From NCBI GenBank assembly GCA_937974645.1, contig CALJVH010000008.1, forward strand, positions 1 through 49,944: 49,944 bases of DNA. Reading direction: 5' to 3'. How positions within the stretch are numbered: the first letter of the stretch is position 1; each line of letters opens with the position of its first letter. Under the pieces are notes generated by a model, which saw only the letters and a program-made list of their open reading frames with translations, had not been told where the DNA came from and did no database searches. Source of the DNA: an uncultured archaeon. Its GTDB lineage: Archaea; Thermoproteota; Nitrososphaeria_A; Caldarchaeales; Wolframiiraptoraceae. A program made the position numbers and the translations under genes. Positions 1-8,430 of the stretch are shown in pieces.

Positions 1-78
1 CCTATTTTGCGCTATACTGTATGGTTTAGTACATCAGTGCTTAAAAAGCAAATTAATTTGCTTTCGTAGATCACTAAT

Positions 79-1389
79 GTGGTGATTTATTGTATGGGTA
101 AAGTTATCCAAGTTTCCTTACCAGTTGATGAGCTGCCTAGATATTGGTATAACATATTACCCGATTTACCTGGGAAGCTTCCAGAACCATTAAATGAGGA
201 TGGTAGAATAGAGAGGTTGAAAGATATCCTTGTGCCCGAATGTATTAGGCAAGAATCCCTTAGTGAGCGTTGGGTGAGAATACCTGAAGAAGTTAGAGAG
301 CTTTATTTAAGAGCTGGTAGACCTAGACCGTTACACAGAGCTATAGGATTGGAGAAGATGCTTAAAACGCCTGCACGCCTATATTATAAAAGAGAAGATC
401 TATCGCCGACGGGCAGTCATAAAGTGAATACCGCTCTTGCACAAGTATACTACGCAGCTGAGGCAGGCTATAGCCGCGTGGTGACGGAGACCGGCGCTGG
501 CCAGTGGGGTACTGCAGTGGCGTATGCCGCGTCATTAATGGGCTTAAGGTCCACAATCTACTGGGTTAGAGAGGCATATGAGTGGAAGGCTGAGAGGAGG
601 ATATTTATGAGGCTCTATGGCGCAGAGGTCTTGGCCTCACCTTCTGGTAAGACAGAGTTCGGGCGGAAGCTCCTAGAAAAGGACTCGAGGCATAAAGGTA
701 CGCTGGGAATAGCCATATCCGAAGCGGCTGAAGATGCTTTGAAGAACGATGACACAGTATATCCTGTTGGAAGCGTTTTAAACTATGTTCTCATGCACCA
801 GACGATAATAGGGTTGGAAGTGATAAGGCAGTTAGAGGTATTGGATGAGGTACCGGATATAATGATCGGGTGCTTTGGGGGTGGAAGCAACTTCGGCGGG
901 TTCGCGTTACCTATGATCGGTAAGGTTCTCAGAGGGGAAGTAGATAAGAAGATTAGATTCTTAGCTGCTCAGTCAGAAGCTGCACCAAACCTCGTTAAAG
1001 GAGTCTATCAATACGATTTCCCAGATGCCGCGCAGATATTACCTAGGATCAAGGGATACACTTTGACGCATAGCTTCGATATGCCTAGCATATGGGCTGA
1101 AGGGCTTAGATATCATATGGCCTCACCAATAATCAGTTTTCTAAAGAACATAGGCATGGTTGAGGCAGTAGCTTACTCCAAAGATGAGAAAGCGATTTTT
1201 GAAGCGGCTAAAATGTTCATAGAGGCAGAAGGATTCCTACCTGCTCCCGAATCATCTTATGCGATAAGGGCAATGATCGATGAGGCGCTCAAAGCCAAGG
1301 ATGCAGGAGAGGAAAAGACCATAGTTGCAAATATAAGCGGGCACGGCTTCCTAGACTTAGAGGCTTATAACAGAGTGCTCAATTTATGA
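79..1389 (+). CDS. trpB2: Tryptophan synthase beta-like PLP enzyme, stand-alone TrpB2 class
   Basis: 436-aa ORF. PLP-lysine motif SPTGSHKVNTALAQ, glycine loop CFGGGSNFGG, and a long N-terminal extension typical of TrpB2. No trpA adjacent. ATG at 94 is an alternative start. Confidence 0.85.
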   Translation: MVIYCMGKVIQVSLPVDELPRYWYNILPDLPGKLPEPLNEDGRIERLKDILVPECIRQESLSERWVRIPEEVRELYLRAGRPRPLHRAIGLEKMLKTPARLYYKREDLSPTGSHKVNTALAQVYYAAEAGYSRVVTETGAGQWGTAVAYAASLMGLRSTIYWVREAYEWKAERRIFMRLYGAEVLASPSGKTEFGRKLLEKDSRHKGTLGIAISEAAEDALKNDDTVYPVGSVLNYVLMHQTIIGLEVIRQLEVLDEVPDIMIGCFGGGSNFGGFALPMIGKVLRGEVDKKIRFLAAQSEAAPNLVKGVYQYDFPDAAQILPRIKGYTLTHSFDMPSIWAEGLRYHMASPIISFLKNIGMVEAVAYSKDEKAIFEAAKMFIEAEGFLPAPESSYAIRAMIDEALKAKDAGEEKTIVANISGHGFLDLEAYNRVLNL

Positions 1390-1676
1390 ACCCATCCCTA
1401 AAAGAACTATAAAATTAAAATGCTCTGAAATTATTCTCAAGATGCTCCGAGCCTTTTCTAGATAGTTTTAGCAACTTTGATGTTCTACTATGATGTTAGG
1501 TCGTCATGGGATGTTTTCCGCTACGGGATTTCTCCTGTTGGAGCATCCTTTACTGAGAATTATTTTTTTGATTTTATTTTATGTTAGGGTTAGCCTTTTA
1601 GGGAGAGTGCTGCTTCATCATTGAAAGGTTCTTATGCGCAGAAAAAAGTGGGGGGTTAATGTGGATGCGGATGCGG

Positions 1677-1910
1677 CTACTCGGTGATGAAGGAGGTTTC
1701 GGTTGATTGGACTCCTCGTATTCTCTGTATCCTTTTAAGGACCAGATTTCCGAACTCCTCAATCGTCTCTGCTTCGACTAGCGCGATGACGTCATATCTT
1801 CCGCTTACGACCCTTGCTGACTTGACGTTCTTGATTCGCGAGAGCCCTTTCGCGACCGCTGCCGCGTTTCCCTTCAAGGCTCTTATGAAGACGTATGCTC
1901 GAATGGGCAT
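1677..1910 (-). CDS. Stand-alone Lrp/AsnC-type RAM (ligand-binding) domain protein, no HTH
   Basis: Track ORF 1677..1916. Likely start is the second Met (MPIRAYVFI..). About 77 aa with the RAM-domain pattern (..GRYDVIALVEAE..LVLKRIQRIRGV..TETS). Paralogue of the adjacent ORF. Confidence 0.75.
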   Translation of the reverse strand: MPIRAYVFIRALKGNAAAVAKGLSRIKNVKSARVVSGRYDVIALVEAETIEEFGNLVLKRIQRIRGVQSTETSFITE

Positions 1911-1917
1911 GCACATC

Positions 1918-2151
1918 TCACCCCACCGCGATCAGGGTCTCAGTCCTCTCGATGCCCTCGATCGCCTGAATTCTTCCAACTACTAACTCCGCAAGCTTCT
2001 TTAAGTTCTCGGTCTCAACCTCAACTACTGCATCGAATCTGCCTGTGATGGGCACCACAGATTTGACTCCTTCCATTCCTTTTACTCGATTTAAAGCTTC
2101 TGAAAGCCTCGTCTTTCCGCATCTTAGGAGAACATATGCGAAAACCGGCAT
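1918..2151 (-). CDS. Stand-alone Lrp/AsnC-type RAM domain protein, no HTH
   Basis: 77 aa: MPVFAYVLL..GRFDAVVEVETE..VVGRIQAIEGIERTETL. Same fold pattern as the downstream ORF, 7 nt apart on the same strand (probable operon). Confidence 0.75.
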   Translation of the reverse strand: MPVFAYVLLRCGKTRLSEALNRVKGMEGVKSVVPITGRFDAVVEVETENLKKLAELVVGRIQAIEGIERTETLIAVG

Positions 2152-2462
2152 CTATTCTCCCTCAATAGCCAAAATTGCCGACGCAATGATAAGCTTTACT
2201 CAACAGTTCTTTAAAAATCGCCGGAAGTATTCTTACGCACACATACTATTTCAATCATAGGAGCAGGTTTTTACTCGGTCGACTCTCGAAAAGAGCTCTT
2301 GAAGCTTTAAAAAGCGCTCGGTTAGGCTTTACCATCTTAACCGCACCTCCTCCAAGTCAAGGAGTCTTCACCATAAGCCTGAATGAAGCATGATCTATAA
2401 AAGCCTGCAATGTAAAAAAAGAATATAGGTCTCCGCATTCGAGAATATGAGTGATCTATAGG

Positions 2463-2576
2463 ATGAGCCGAGATCAGCTAGTCGGCGCGATAATGATGAT
2501 TTGCGCAATTGCCGGAATAATAGTCTATGGTTGGGTAATATTCTTCACGCCTGGGATATTCTTCTCCTACGAATAA
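2463..2576 (+). CDS. Possible 37-aa single-TM peptide (MSRDQLVGAIMMICAIAGIIVYGWVIFFTPGIFFSYE)
   Basis: ATG at 2463, TAA at 2574-2576. The hydrophobic helix has the same pattern as the next ORF. Below the ORF-track size cutoff. Could be the 5' part of one frameshifted 2-TM gene. Confidence 0.3.
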   Translation: MSRDQLVGAIMMICAIAGIIVYGWVIFFTPGIFFSYE

Positions 2577-2584
2577 CGGGGTTT

Positions 2585-2734
2585 GTGGCCGTCGCCGGAA
2601 TCCTAGGAATATTCGGATGGATAGGATACACCCTCGTAACCACGCCGCCACCTAAACCAGTTGAAGAAATAGAGAAGGACCCCGATGAAGAGCTCAAAGA
2701 AATGGAGGCGAAAGAGGCGGCGAAAAGCGAATGA
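2585..2734 (+). CDS. Small single-TM protein with acidic/lysine-rich tail
   Basis: Part of track ORF 2501..2734. The first 24 codons of that ORF overlap the other-frame TM peptide and look non-coding. A GTG at 2585 gives (M)AVAGILGIFGWIGYTLVTTPPPKPVEEIEKDPDEELKEMEAKEAAKSE. Confidence 0.35.
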   Translation: MAVAGILGIFGWIGYTLVTTPPPKPVEEIEKDPDEELKEMEAKEAAKSE

Positions 2735-3336
2735 TCCACCCCTCAAGATCAAGGCTATGGCAACAAATCTAGCACTACCAGATGTGCTTACAAGCTTAAA
2801 AGAACTATAAGATAAGGGACATTATCCCATAACTGAATGTGGAAATCGTATATCGTTTAAGTTGCTGATATCTTTAGCCTGTCATAATAGTAACCGTGAT
2901 AAGTAAGGGTTAGTTAATCCTCGCTGGGCAAATCCTCCGCTTTCGCCGGTGTCCGTCTTCTTCATAATGTCACTTCATTGAACTGTTTTTATTGGTGCTC
3001 GCGGCGTCGTCTTTCTCGGCTCAGCTCAGCGCCGCGTCGGTCAAAGCATCGCCAGACCTATTCTCCTATCAGACATTTCTCGATGATTTTCTCGCATATT
3101 TTCAGGAATACAGGGCTAGGGCTCGTATGCGAAAAACAATAGTTATGGATCTCTTAGGCTAAAGCTATCTAAATCGTCTGGAAAGTCCTTAGGCATGTAG
3201 CTCTCCAGCTTTACAATCCGGAAAAACAGGAAAGACTTAAGCAATACTTCAAAAGGCAGAGGATGTAAAAACACCATCTAAGTAAACCCATTTTTTCTTA
3301 CTTGGCCCCCGGTGACACGCCAATATATAAACATTT

Positions 3337-3440
3337 CGCCCTGGCCGGGATTTGAACCCGGGTCACGGGCTCGACAGGCCCGTATACTAACCGGACTATA
3401 ATTGGCGCCCTTATTACACCCCGAAGGGCTCTACCAGGGC
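3337..3440 (-). tRNA. tRNA-Asp(GTC) with a 30-nt non-canonical intron (window 3401-3430) between tRNA positions 10 and 11
   Basis: Reverse complement: GCCCTGGTAG[AGCCCTTCGGGGTGTAATAAGGGCGCCAAT]TATAGTCCGGTTAGTATACGGGCCTGTCGAGCCCGTGACCCGGGTTCAAATCCCGGCCAGGGCG. Anticodon arm CGGGC-CTGTCGA-GCCCG, T-arm CCGGG-TTCAAAT-CCCGG, 7-bp acceptor stem. The spliced length of 74 nt gives a normal D-arm. The junctions come from a hand-folded BHB. Confidence 0.8.
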
Positions 3441-3902
3441 TTGCCAGGGCATTATGTTATTGGGCTTGGTTTTATGAATACCTTTCGTCAAATTCTCGGA
3501 AAACGAAGTAGCTAAGATTTTCACAGAAGGGGTTCAAGGCTTAAACCTTAGGATTTTTCTTGACGGGGAGCGAACTATGGCCCAAAAATCAGTAACGCAA
3601 AGGAAAAGAAAGAGAAGTTGGCTGATGACTATCAACTGACGACGTCTGAGCGGGTCGTATGAGGCCGCGCATTGACCACATTATTAGGCCTTCAATATAT
3701 TCTACCTATTGATAAGCGCATTATTAACCTTAAACTCACGCACCTATAAAGTGATGAGGGGGGCCATAATCGTGCTTCGTGACCTCTTCTGGCAATTTAT
3801 CCACTTGGCCTAGGGGGCCCTGGATGTGCATTACGGTTGAGCGGCGGCTTTTGGGCGGAAATGTCGGCGAATTGCTGACAAATAGGGAGAATTCCGGCAA
3901 GA

Positions 3903-3991
3903 AGCCCGGGAGGGGATTTGAACCCCTGTAGAGCGGGTCACCACCTTTAGCTATCTGCAGCCCGCCGCCTGTACCACTCGGCCACCCGGGC
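3903..3991 (-). tRNA. tRNA-Cys(GCA) with a 16-nt canonical intron (window 3939-3954, position 37/38)
   Basis: Reverse complement: GCCCGGGTGGCCGAGTGGTACAGGCGGCGGGCTGCAG[ATAGCTAAAGGTGGTG]ACCCGCTCTACAGGGGTTCAAATCCCCTCCCGGGCT. Discriminator U73 and the G13-A22 mismatch fit Cys identity. Spliced length 73 nt. Confidence 0.85.
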
Positions 3992-4105
3992 GCTTTTCCC
4001 CAGTTTTTGTTTGGGCTATTCCATTTTTAATATTTTCGCTGCTTTTGGTTGCGTTTTACGGATTTCGCGGAGCTTATTTTAAAGAGTGAGGGTTTGTGAT
4101 TTCTT

Positions 4106-4894
4106 GTGGGTGCTGGGTTGCTGAGGCGGAGAAGCCTCTTGAAGCTTTTGAGGGAAAGGAGGAGTATTAGGGTTTTCAAGAGGTCTAGGATGCCGGATGA
4201 GGTCGCTAGGCTGATTGTTGAGGCCGGTGTTAGGGCTCCTAGCTATTCGTATCTTCAAGAGTATTCGATGATAATGGTTGGTGAAGATCTCAGGAAGGAG
4301 ATTGCGAAACTTTGTGAGAATCAGGATGAGCTGATAATGAACGCTGCGGCCATCTTCCTCATTTGCGCCGACTTGAATAGACCTGCTAGAATGCTTAGCC
4401 TGCTTGGGCATCCTAATGTCCTGAGGACCAATAAACATCCAGTTGAGTCGATATTCGCGGTCTTCGACGCTGGCCTCGTCACAGCATTCATGATTATCGC
4501 TGCTGAGATAATGGGGTACGGCTCAGCAATCCTAGACTACCCGATAGTCTACCCGAGCGAGTTCGCGAGGCTTTTCCAGCTTCCTCCAGGCGTCACACCT
4601 TTAGTTCTCCTCTGTGTTGGCGAGAGAGGCGAGGCTCCGCCTCTTAGGCCAAGGCTTCCCATAGACTTAGTCTTTTTCAAGAACTCCTACCGCGAGGCTG
4701 GGGCTGATGATCTCAAAAAGTATCTTAGGAAGATGGAAGAGGCCATGAAGAAGGAGGATTATGTGAGAAAGTATGTCGGCCTTGACATGGAGTATCTGGA
4801 TTACCTCAAGCTCAAGACCACTCTTGATGATGAGTTGAAGAAGCTCTATGATGCTGTCGAGAAGTTCCTGAAGGAGAATCTGATGAAGTTTTAG
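4106..4894 (+). CDS. Nitroreductase-family flavoprotein with a charged C-terminal extension
   Basis: N-terminus LLKLLRERRSIRVFKRSRMPDEVARLIVEAGVRAPS is the nitroreductase signature. GTG start. About 60 extra K/E-rich residues at the C-terminus. Confidence 0.7.
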   Translation: MGAGLLRRRSLLKLLRERRSIRVFKRSRMPDEVARLIVEAGVRAPSYSYLQEYSMIMVGEDLRKEIAKLCENQDELIMNAAAIFLICADLNRPARMLSLLGHPNVLRTNKHPVESIFAVFDAGLVTAFMIIAAEIMGYGSAILDYPIVYPSEFARLFQLPPGVTPLVLLCVGERGEAPPLRPRLPIDLVFFKNSYREAGADDLKKYLRKMEEAMKKEDYVRKYVGLDMEYLDYLKLKTTLDDELKKLYDAVEKFLKENLMKF

Positions 4895-4939
4895 CCTCCT
4901 GAGAAGATTAATTTAGTCTTATGCTCCTCACTCCATGGC

Positions 4940-5998
4940 ATGGAGGAGGCGGTTAAGATTCTAGCAGAGTATGTTGAGATCATAAATGAGGTGCTTGAGA
5001 AGTATATTCCAAGAAGAATAGATGAGAGGTGGCTTAACCGCGTTCTGGGAACGCCCGAATATGCCTATGAGGCCGAGTCCCTGAATAAGGGAGTTTTCGA
5101 GCCGTTCTGGGATTTGGCTGATCGCGGCGGTAAGAGGTGGAGACCAGCCCTAATGCTCATGATCTATGAGGCGCTCGGGGGCGATCCAAAGGAAATCGCC
5201 CCATTAGCAGTAATCCCTGAGGCGATCCATAACGGGACCTTAGCGGTTGACGACGTTGAGGATGGGAGCGAGCTCAGAAGGGGAAAACCATGCATTCACA
5301 GGATCTACGGTGAGGACATCGCGATAAATATGGGTAACACAATGTATTATCTCCCATTAATAGTCCTAGACGAGCTCAAGATCCCGGCTGAGAAGAGGCT
5401 CATGATCCTCGATGAATATCTGAGGATGATGATCAAGTTGAGCTTCGGCCAGGCTATGGATATCGCATGGCATCGTGGGCTCGTTGAAAATGTGAACGAG
5501 AGCCAGTATCTCCAGATGACCTTTTTCAAGACGGGTGCCCTAGCGGGCTTTGCGGCTAAGATAGCATTGATAATGGCTGATACGCCGGAGGAGAAGGCGA
5601 GGCTAATTCAGAGGTTCGCGGAGCTGATAGCCGTCGCATTTCAGATTCAGGATGATATCCTTAACCTTATGGGTGATGAGGCGAAATATGGAAAGGAGAT
5701 AGGCGGAGACATAACGGAGGGTAAAAGGACCCTGATGATTATTCACGCGCTCAGGAACTTACCAGCGGATGAGGCCGATAGGCTTAGGCGGATACTCGAT
5801 ATGGGAACTAGTGATAAGCTCTTGATTAAGGAGGCGATAGAATTGATGAGGAAGGCGGGGAGTATAGATTACGCGAGAAGAATCTCGGAGGAGCTTGCGG
5901 TAAAGGCCCTCGAGGTGCTGAGGAGGGGCTTGCCTGAGCCTAGGAGTAGGAGGAAGCTTGAGTTGCTGGCAGAGTTCCTGATAAAGAGGGAATTCTGA
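4940..5998 (+). CDS. Polyprenyl (geranylgeranyl) diphosphate synthase
   Basis: First aspartate-rich motif AVDDVEDGSELRRGKP and second motif FQIQDDILN. 352 aa. Confidence 0.9.
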   Translation: MEEAVKILAEYVEIINEVLEKYIPRRIDERWLNRVLGTPEYAYEAESLNKGVFEPFWDLADRGGKRWRPALMLMIYEALGGDPKEIAPLAVIPEAIHNGTLAVDDVEDGSELRRGKPCIHRIYGEDIAINMGNTMYYLPLIVLDELKIPAEKRLMILDEYLRMMIKLSFGQAMDIAWHRGLVENVNESQYLQMTFFKTGALAGFAAKIALIMADTPEEKARLIQRFAELIAVAFQIQDDILNLMGDEAKYGKEIGGDITEGKRTLMIIHALRNLPADEADRLRRILDMGTSDKLLIKEAIELMRKAGSIDYARRISEELAVKALEVLRRGLPEPRSRRKLELLAEFLIKREF

Positions 5999-6062
5999 AT
6001 CAGCATGGAGTTAGCTCATTCGATCGAGAAGGTTTATCCCCTGATTAAACCCATATATCTTC

Positions 6063-6557
6063 ATGGGCTCTGAGGTAAAGTTTGAGATAGTTGAAGTCAA
6101 AATCCCCGAGGGATGCAACGTCATCTTTGGGATAAGCCATTTCATCAAGACCGCGGAGGACATCTACGAGGCCTTTGTGAATACCGTTCCCGGAGCGAGG
6201 TTTGGGCTGGCGTTCGCCGAGGCGAGCGGCCCATGCCTAATCAGGCATGAGGGGACTGACGAGGAGCTCAGGAAGCTCGCCGCCGAGACCCTACTGAGGA
6301 TAGGATGCGGCCACACATTCATAGCCTTCATGAGAGATATGTATCCCATTAACGTGATGGAGAAGCTCAAGTCCGTCCCCGAGGTCTGCACGATCCTAGC
6401 TGCCACAGCTAACCCCCTTCAAATAATCGTCGCCGAGACGAGTCAGGGAAGAGGTATAGTCGCGGTTGTTGACGGATACAAGCCAAAGAATATCGAGACC
6501 GATGAGGACATCAAGAAGCGGAGAGAATTCCTTAGAAAAATAGGGTACAAGCTCTAA
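6063..6557 (+). CDS. Adenosine-specific kinase family protein (PF04008-like, PAE2307 type)
   Basis: 164 aa. Family recognised by eye from FGISHFIKTAEDIYEA..FGLAFAEASGPCLIRHEG..GHTFIAFMRD..PINV. Recalled from memory, not searched. Confidence 0.65.
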   Translation: MGSEVKFEIVEVKIPEGCNVIFGISHFIKTAEDIYEAFVNTVPGARFGLAFAEASGPCLIRHEGTDEELRKLAAETLLRIGCGHTFIAFMRDMYPINVMEKLKSVPEVCTILAATANPLQIIVAETSQGRGIVAVVDGYKPKNIETDEDIKKRREFLRKIGYKL

Positions 6558-6611
6558 CCTGCTTTCCAGCCCTCCTTCCACCTTAAATAGAGTCCCGGCC
6601 AAATAATTCCC

Positions 6612-7016
6612 GTGCATGAGTGGGCTTTAGCAGAAGCAGTAATATCGACGATTTCAAAGATGACCACCGAGAGGGGCGTAAGAGGGTTAATTGACGTCAC
6701 GATTAGGATTGGCGAGCTCCAGCAGATAGACTTGGAGACCTTTAAGTTCGCCCTAGAGCAGCTTAGTAGGCAGTATTCCATGCATATCAAATTCGAGTTG
6801 AAGGAGGAGAGGGCGGAGTTTAGGTGCGGGGTCTGTGGCGAAGTATGGTCCTTCGAGAGGGAGAATCTTGATCCAGAGATTAGGGAGGCGATTCACGTGA
6901 TTCCTGAGGTTGCTCACGCCTTCATGAGGTGCCCGAGATGTGGTAGCCCGGACTTCGAGGTGATTAAGGGAAGAGGGGTCTGGATCGAGAGCATCGGAGA
7001 GGGGATTAAATGCTAG
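6612..7016 (+). CDS. hypA: Hydrogenase nickel-insertion protein HypA
   Basis: N-terminal MHEWALAEAV nickel-site motif. Zinc site CGVCG...CPRCG. 134 aa. Confidence 0.85.
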   Translation: MHEWALAEAVISTISKMTTERGVRGLIDVTIRIGELQQIDLETFKFALEQLSRQYSMHIKFELKEERAEFRCGVCGEVWSFERENLDPEIREAIHVIPEVAHAFMRCPRCGSPDFEVIKGRGVWIESIGEGIKC

Positions 7017-7744
7017 ACCCGAGGATAAGCGTGATAGGGGAGAGGCTTGGAAGGATCAGCAAGATAATAGCAGTCTCGAGCGGTAAGGGTGGCGTTGGAA
7101 AGAGCTTGATAGCCGCGACCACGGCCCTAATACTCTCCAAGAAGGGGCTTCAAGCCGGATTACTCGACCTAGACTTCACGAATCCCTCGAGCAACATGAT
7201 CCTCGGCGTGAGCAACGTTTATCCAATCGAGGAAAAAGGCATGATCCCTCCAAAGATCCACGGCGTCGAATATCTCTCAATAACATTCTTCGCCGGAGAT
7301 GAGGCGATACCACTCAGGGGGGAGGACGTGACAAACGTCTTCATCGAGATGCTTGCTCTCACCAAGTGGAGCGACCTGAACTACCTCATAGTGGATACAC
7401 CGCCCGGCCTCGGAGATGTGCTCCTAGACCTGCTCAAGCTCATCAGGAGGCTGATGTTCTTAGTCGTCATGACGCCCTCGAGGCTCTCGCTGGGAACGGT
7501 AAGAAAGCTCCTAGCCCTGCTCTGGGGCGTCAAAGCTCCTGTGATCGGTGTTATCGAGAACATGCTGACCGAGGCCTCAGCCTCACTGAGGGATGAAGTG
7601 GAGAGGCTGGGAGCCAGGTTTCTTGGATCAATACCATTCGACCCTGAGGTGGAAAGAGGACTTGGCAACCCGAAGAAGCTCCTGGAAACCAAGTTCGCGA
7701 AGAGGCTATCAAGTATCTTGGATCAGGCGCTGGAGATTACTTGA
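7010..7744 (+). CDS. Mrp/MinD-family P-loop ATPase, possibly the ATPase-type HypB partner of HypA
   Basis: Deviant Walker A SSGKGGVGKS. Overlaps the hypA stop by 7 nt (operon). Thermococcales use an Mrp/MinD ATPase in place of HypB. That functional transfer is inference. Confidence 0.8.
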   Translation: MLDPRISVIGERLGRISKIIAVSSGKGGVGKSLIAATTALILSKKGLQAGLLDLDFTNPSSNMILGVSNVYPIEEKGMIPPKIHGVEYLSITFFAGDEAIPLRGEDVTNVFIEMLALTKWSDLNYLIVDTPPGLGDVLLDLLKLIRRLMFLVVMTPSRLSLGTVRKLLALLWGVKAPVIGVIENMLTEASASLRDEVERLGARFLGSIPFDPEVERGLGNPKKLLETKFAKRLSSILDQALEIT

Positions 7745-8204
7745 ACCTCCCCATCGGTATTAGGGGCTTCGTCCCAAAAAGCCTGTTATGCTCCTTCATG
7801 ATGCACCTATTCCACACAACGATTATCCCGTTATCCCTCAGAATCTCAGCGGCCTCGCGGCTGTAAATTCCCTCTTGCATCCAGAAAACCTTAGGCTTGA
7901 ACCTCATGGAGAGAGTATGCTCTGCTATTTGCGGAATGTCGCTAGAAGGCCTGAAAACATCAACTATGTCAACTGGCACCTCGATCTCCAAGAGGGACTT
8001 ATGGGATCTCAGGCCGAAGATGCTTTCAACGTTTGGGTTCACGGGAAGAACCTCATAACCCTGCTTGATGAGAAACCTCGGGACATAGTGGGACGGCTTC
8101 AAAGGGCTACGCGAGAAGCCGACGACTGCTATCCTCCTAGCCTCGGACAAGATCCTCCCAAGCTCATCGTCACTCAGCCCATCTGGAGGAATCACCTCGA
8201 ACAT
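7737..8204 (-). CDS. CoA-binding domain protein (YccU/COG1832-like)
   Basis: IAVVGFSRSPLKPSHYVPRFLIKQGYEVLPVNPN is a Rossmann-type CoA-binding signature. 155 aa. Confidence 0.75.
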   Translation of the reverse strand: MFEVIPPDGLSDDELGRILSEARRIAVVGFSRSPLKPSHYVPRFLIKQGYEVLPVNPNVESIFGLRSHKSLLEIEVPVDIVDVFRPSSDIPQIAEHTLSMRFKPKVFWMQEGIYSREAAEILRDNGIIVVWNRCIMKEHNRLFGTKPLIPMGRFK

Positions 8205-8326
8205 TTAGCCCTCTGTAGCGTAATCTGAAAACTCGCTAATTAGGCTATCATGTCTCTATACACTAGAGTTGAAGAAAACATAGAATCGCATTCTTATGTT
8301 GAGATTTTTAAGCATCAGGAGAATTA

Positions 8327-8430
8327 TGGGGCCGGTGGGATTTGAACCCACGACCTCCTGGGCTCCCGGCCTCCGTTATAGCTGCGAGGCGCCCGAGCCA
8401 GGTGTCCTAGCCAAGCTAGACCACGGCCCC
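8327..8430 (-). tRNA. tRNA-Pro(CGG) with a 29-nt canonical intron (window 8363-8391, position 37/38)
   Basis: Reverse complement: GGGGCCGTGGTCTAGCTTGGCTAGGACACCTGGCTCGGG[CGCCTCGCAGCTATAACGGAGGCCGGGAG]CCCAGGAGGTCGTGGGTTCAAATCCCACCGGCCCCA. The hand fold gives a perfect helix-bulge-helix-bulge-helix: central helix CUCG/CGGG with 3-nt bulges GG|C and AG|C. Spliced length 75 nt. Confidence 0.9.

Noticed and set aside
1661-1680. GGATGCGGATGCGGCT, which resembles GATGCGGCT in the palindrome arms and in copy B. I considered it a possible third fragment of the element.
   Set aside because: The similarity is limited to about 10 nt with no flanking homology, and the aligned positions in copies A and B are not equivalent. 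Probably chance.
3180-3188. GGAAAGTCC, which resembles the CR-I motif of RNase P RNA, inside the ORF-free region. An ACAGGAAAGACTTAAGC stretch lies about 45 nt downstream.
   Set aside because: The surrounding sequence is AT-rich, and I could not fold it into P1-P4 or any minimal RNase P architecture. The other conserved regions are absent. A 9-mer match alone is not evidence.
3441-3450. The duplicated GCCCTGG just upstream of tRNA-Asp, considered as an att-site remnant or an alternative 5' end.
   Set aside because: It is only 7 nt. Starting the tRNA there removes U8 and gives no better fold. It is kept as a note under the tRNA-Asp finding.
3623-3649. C/D-box sRNA-like string TGATGA..CTGA..CTGA. 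A similar string, GTGATGAGGGGGG.., lies near 3751.
   Set aside because: The box spacing is far too short for 10-12 nt guides. No C'/D' pair or terminal stem is present.
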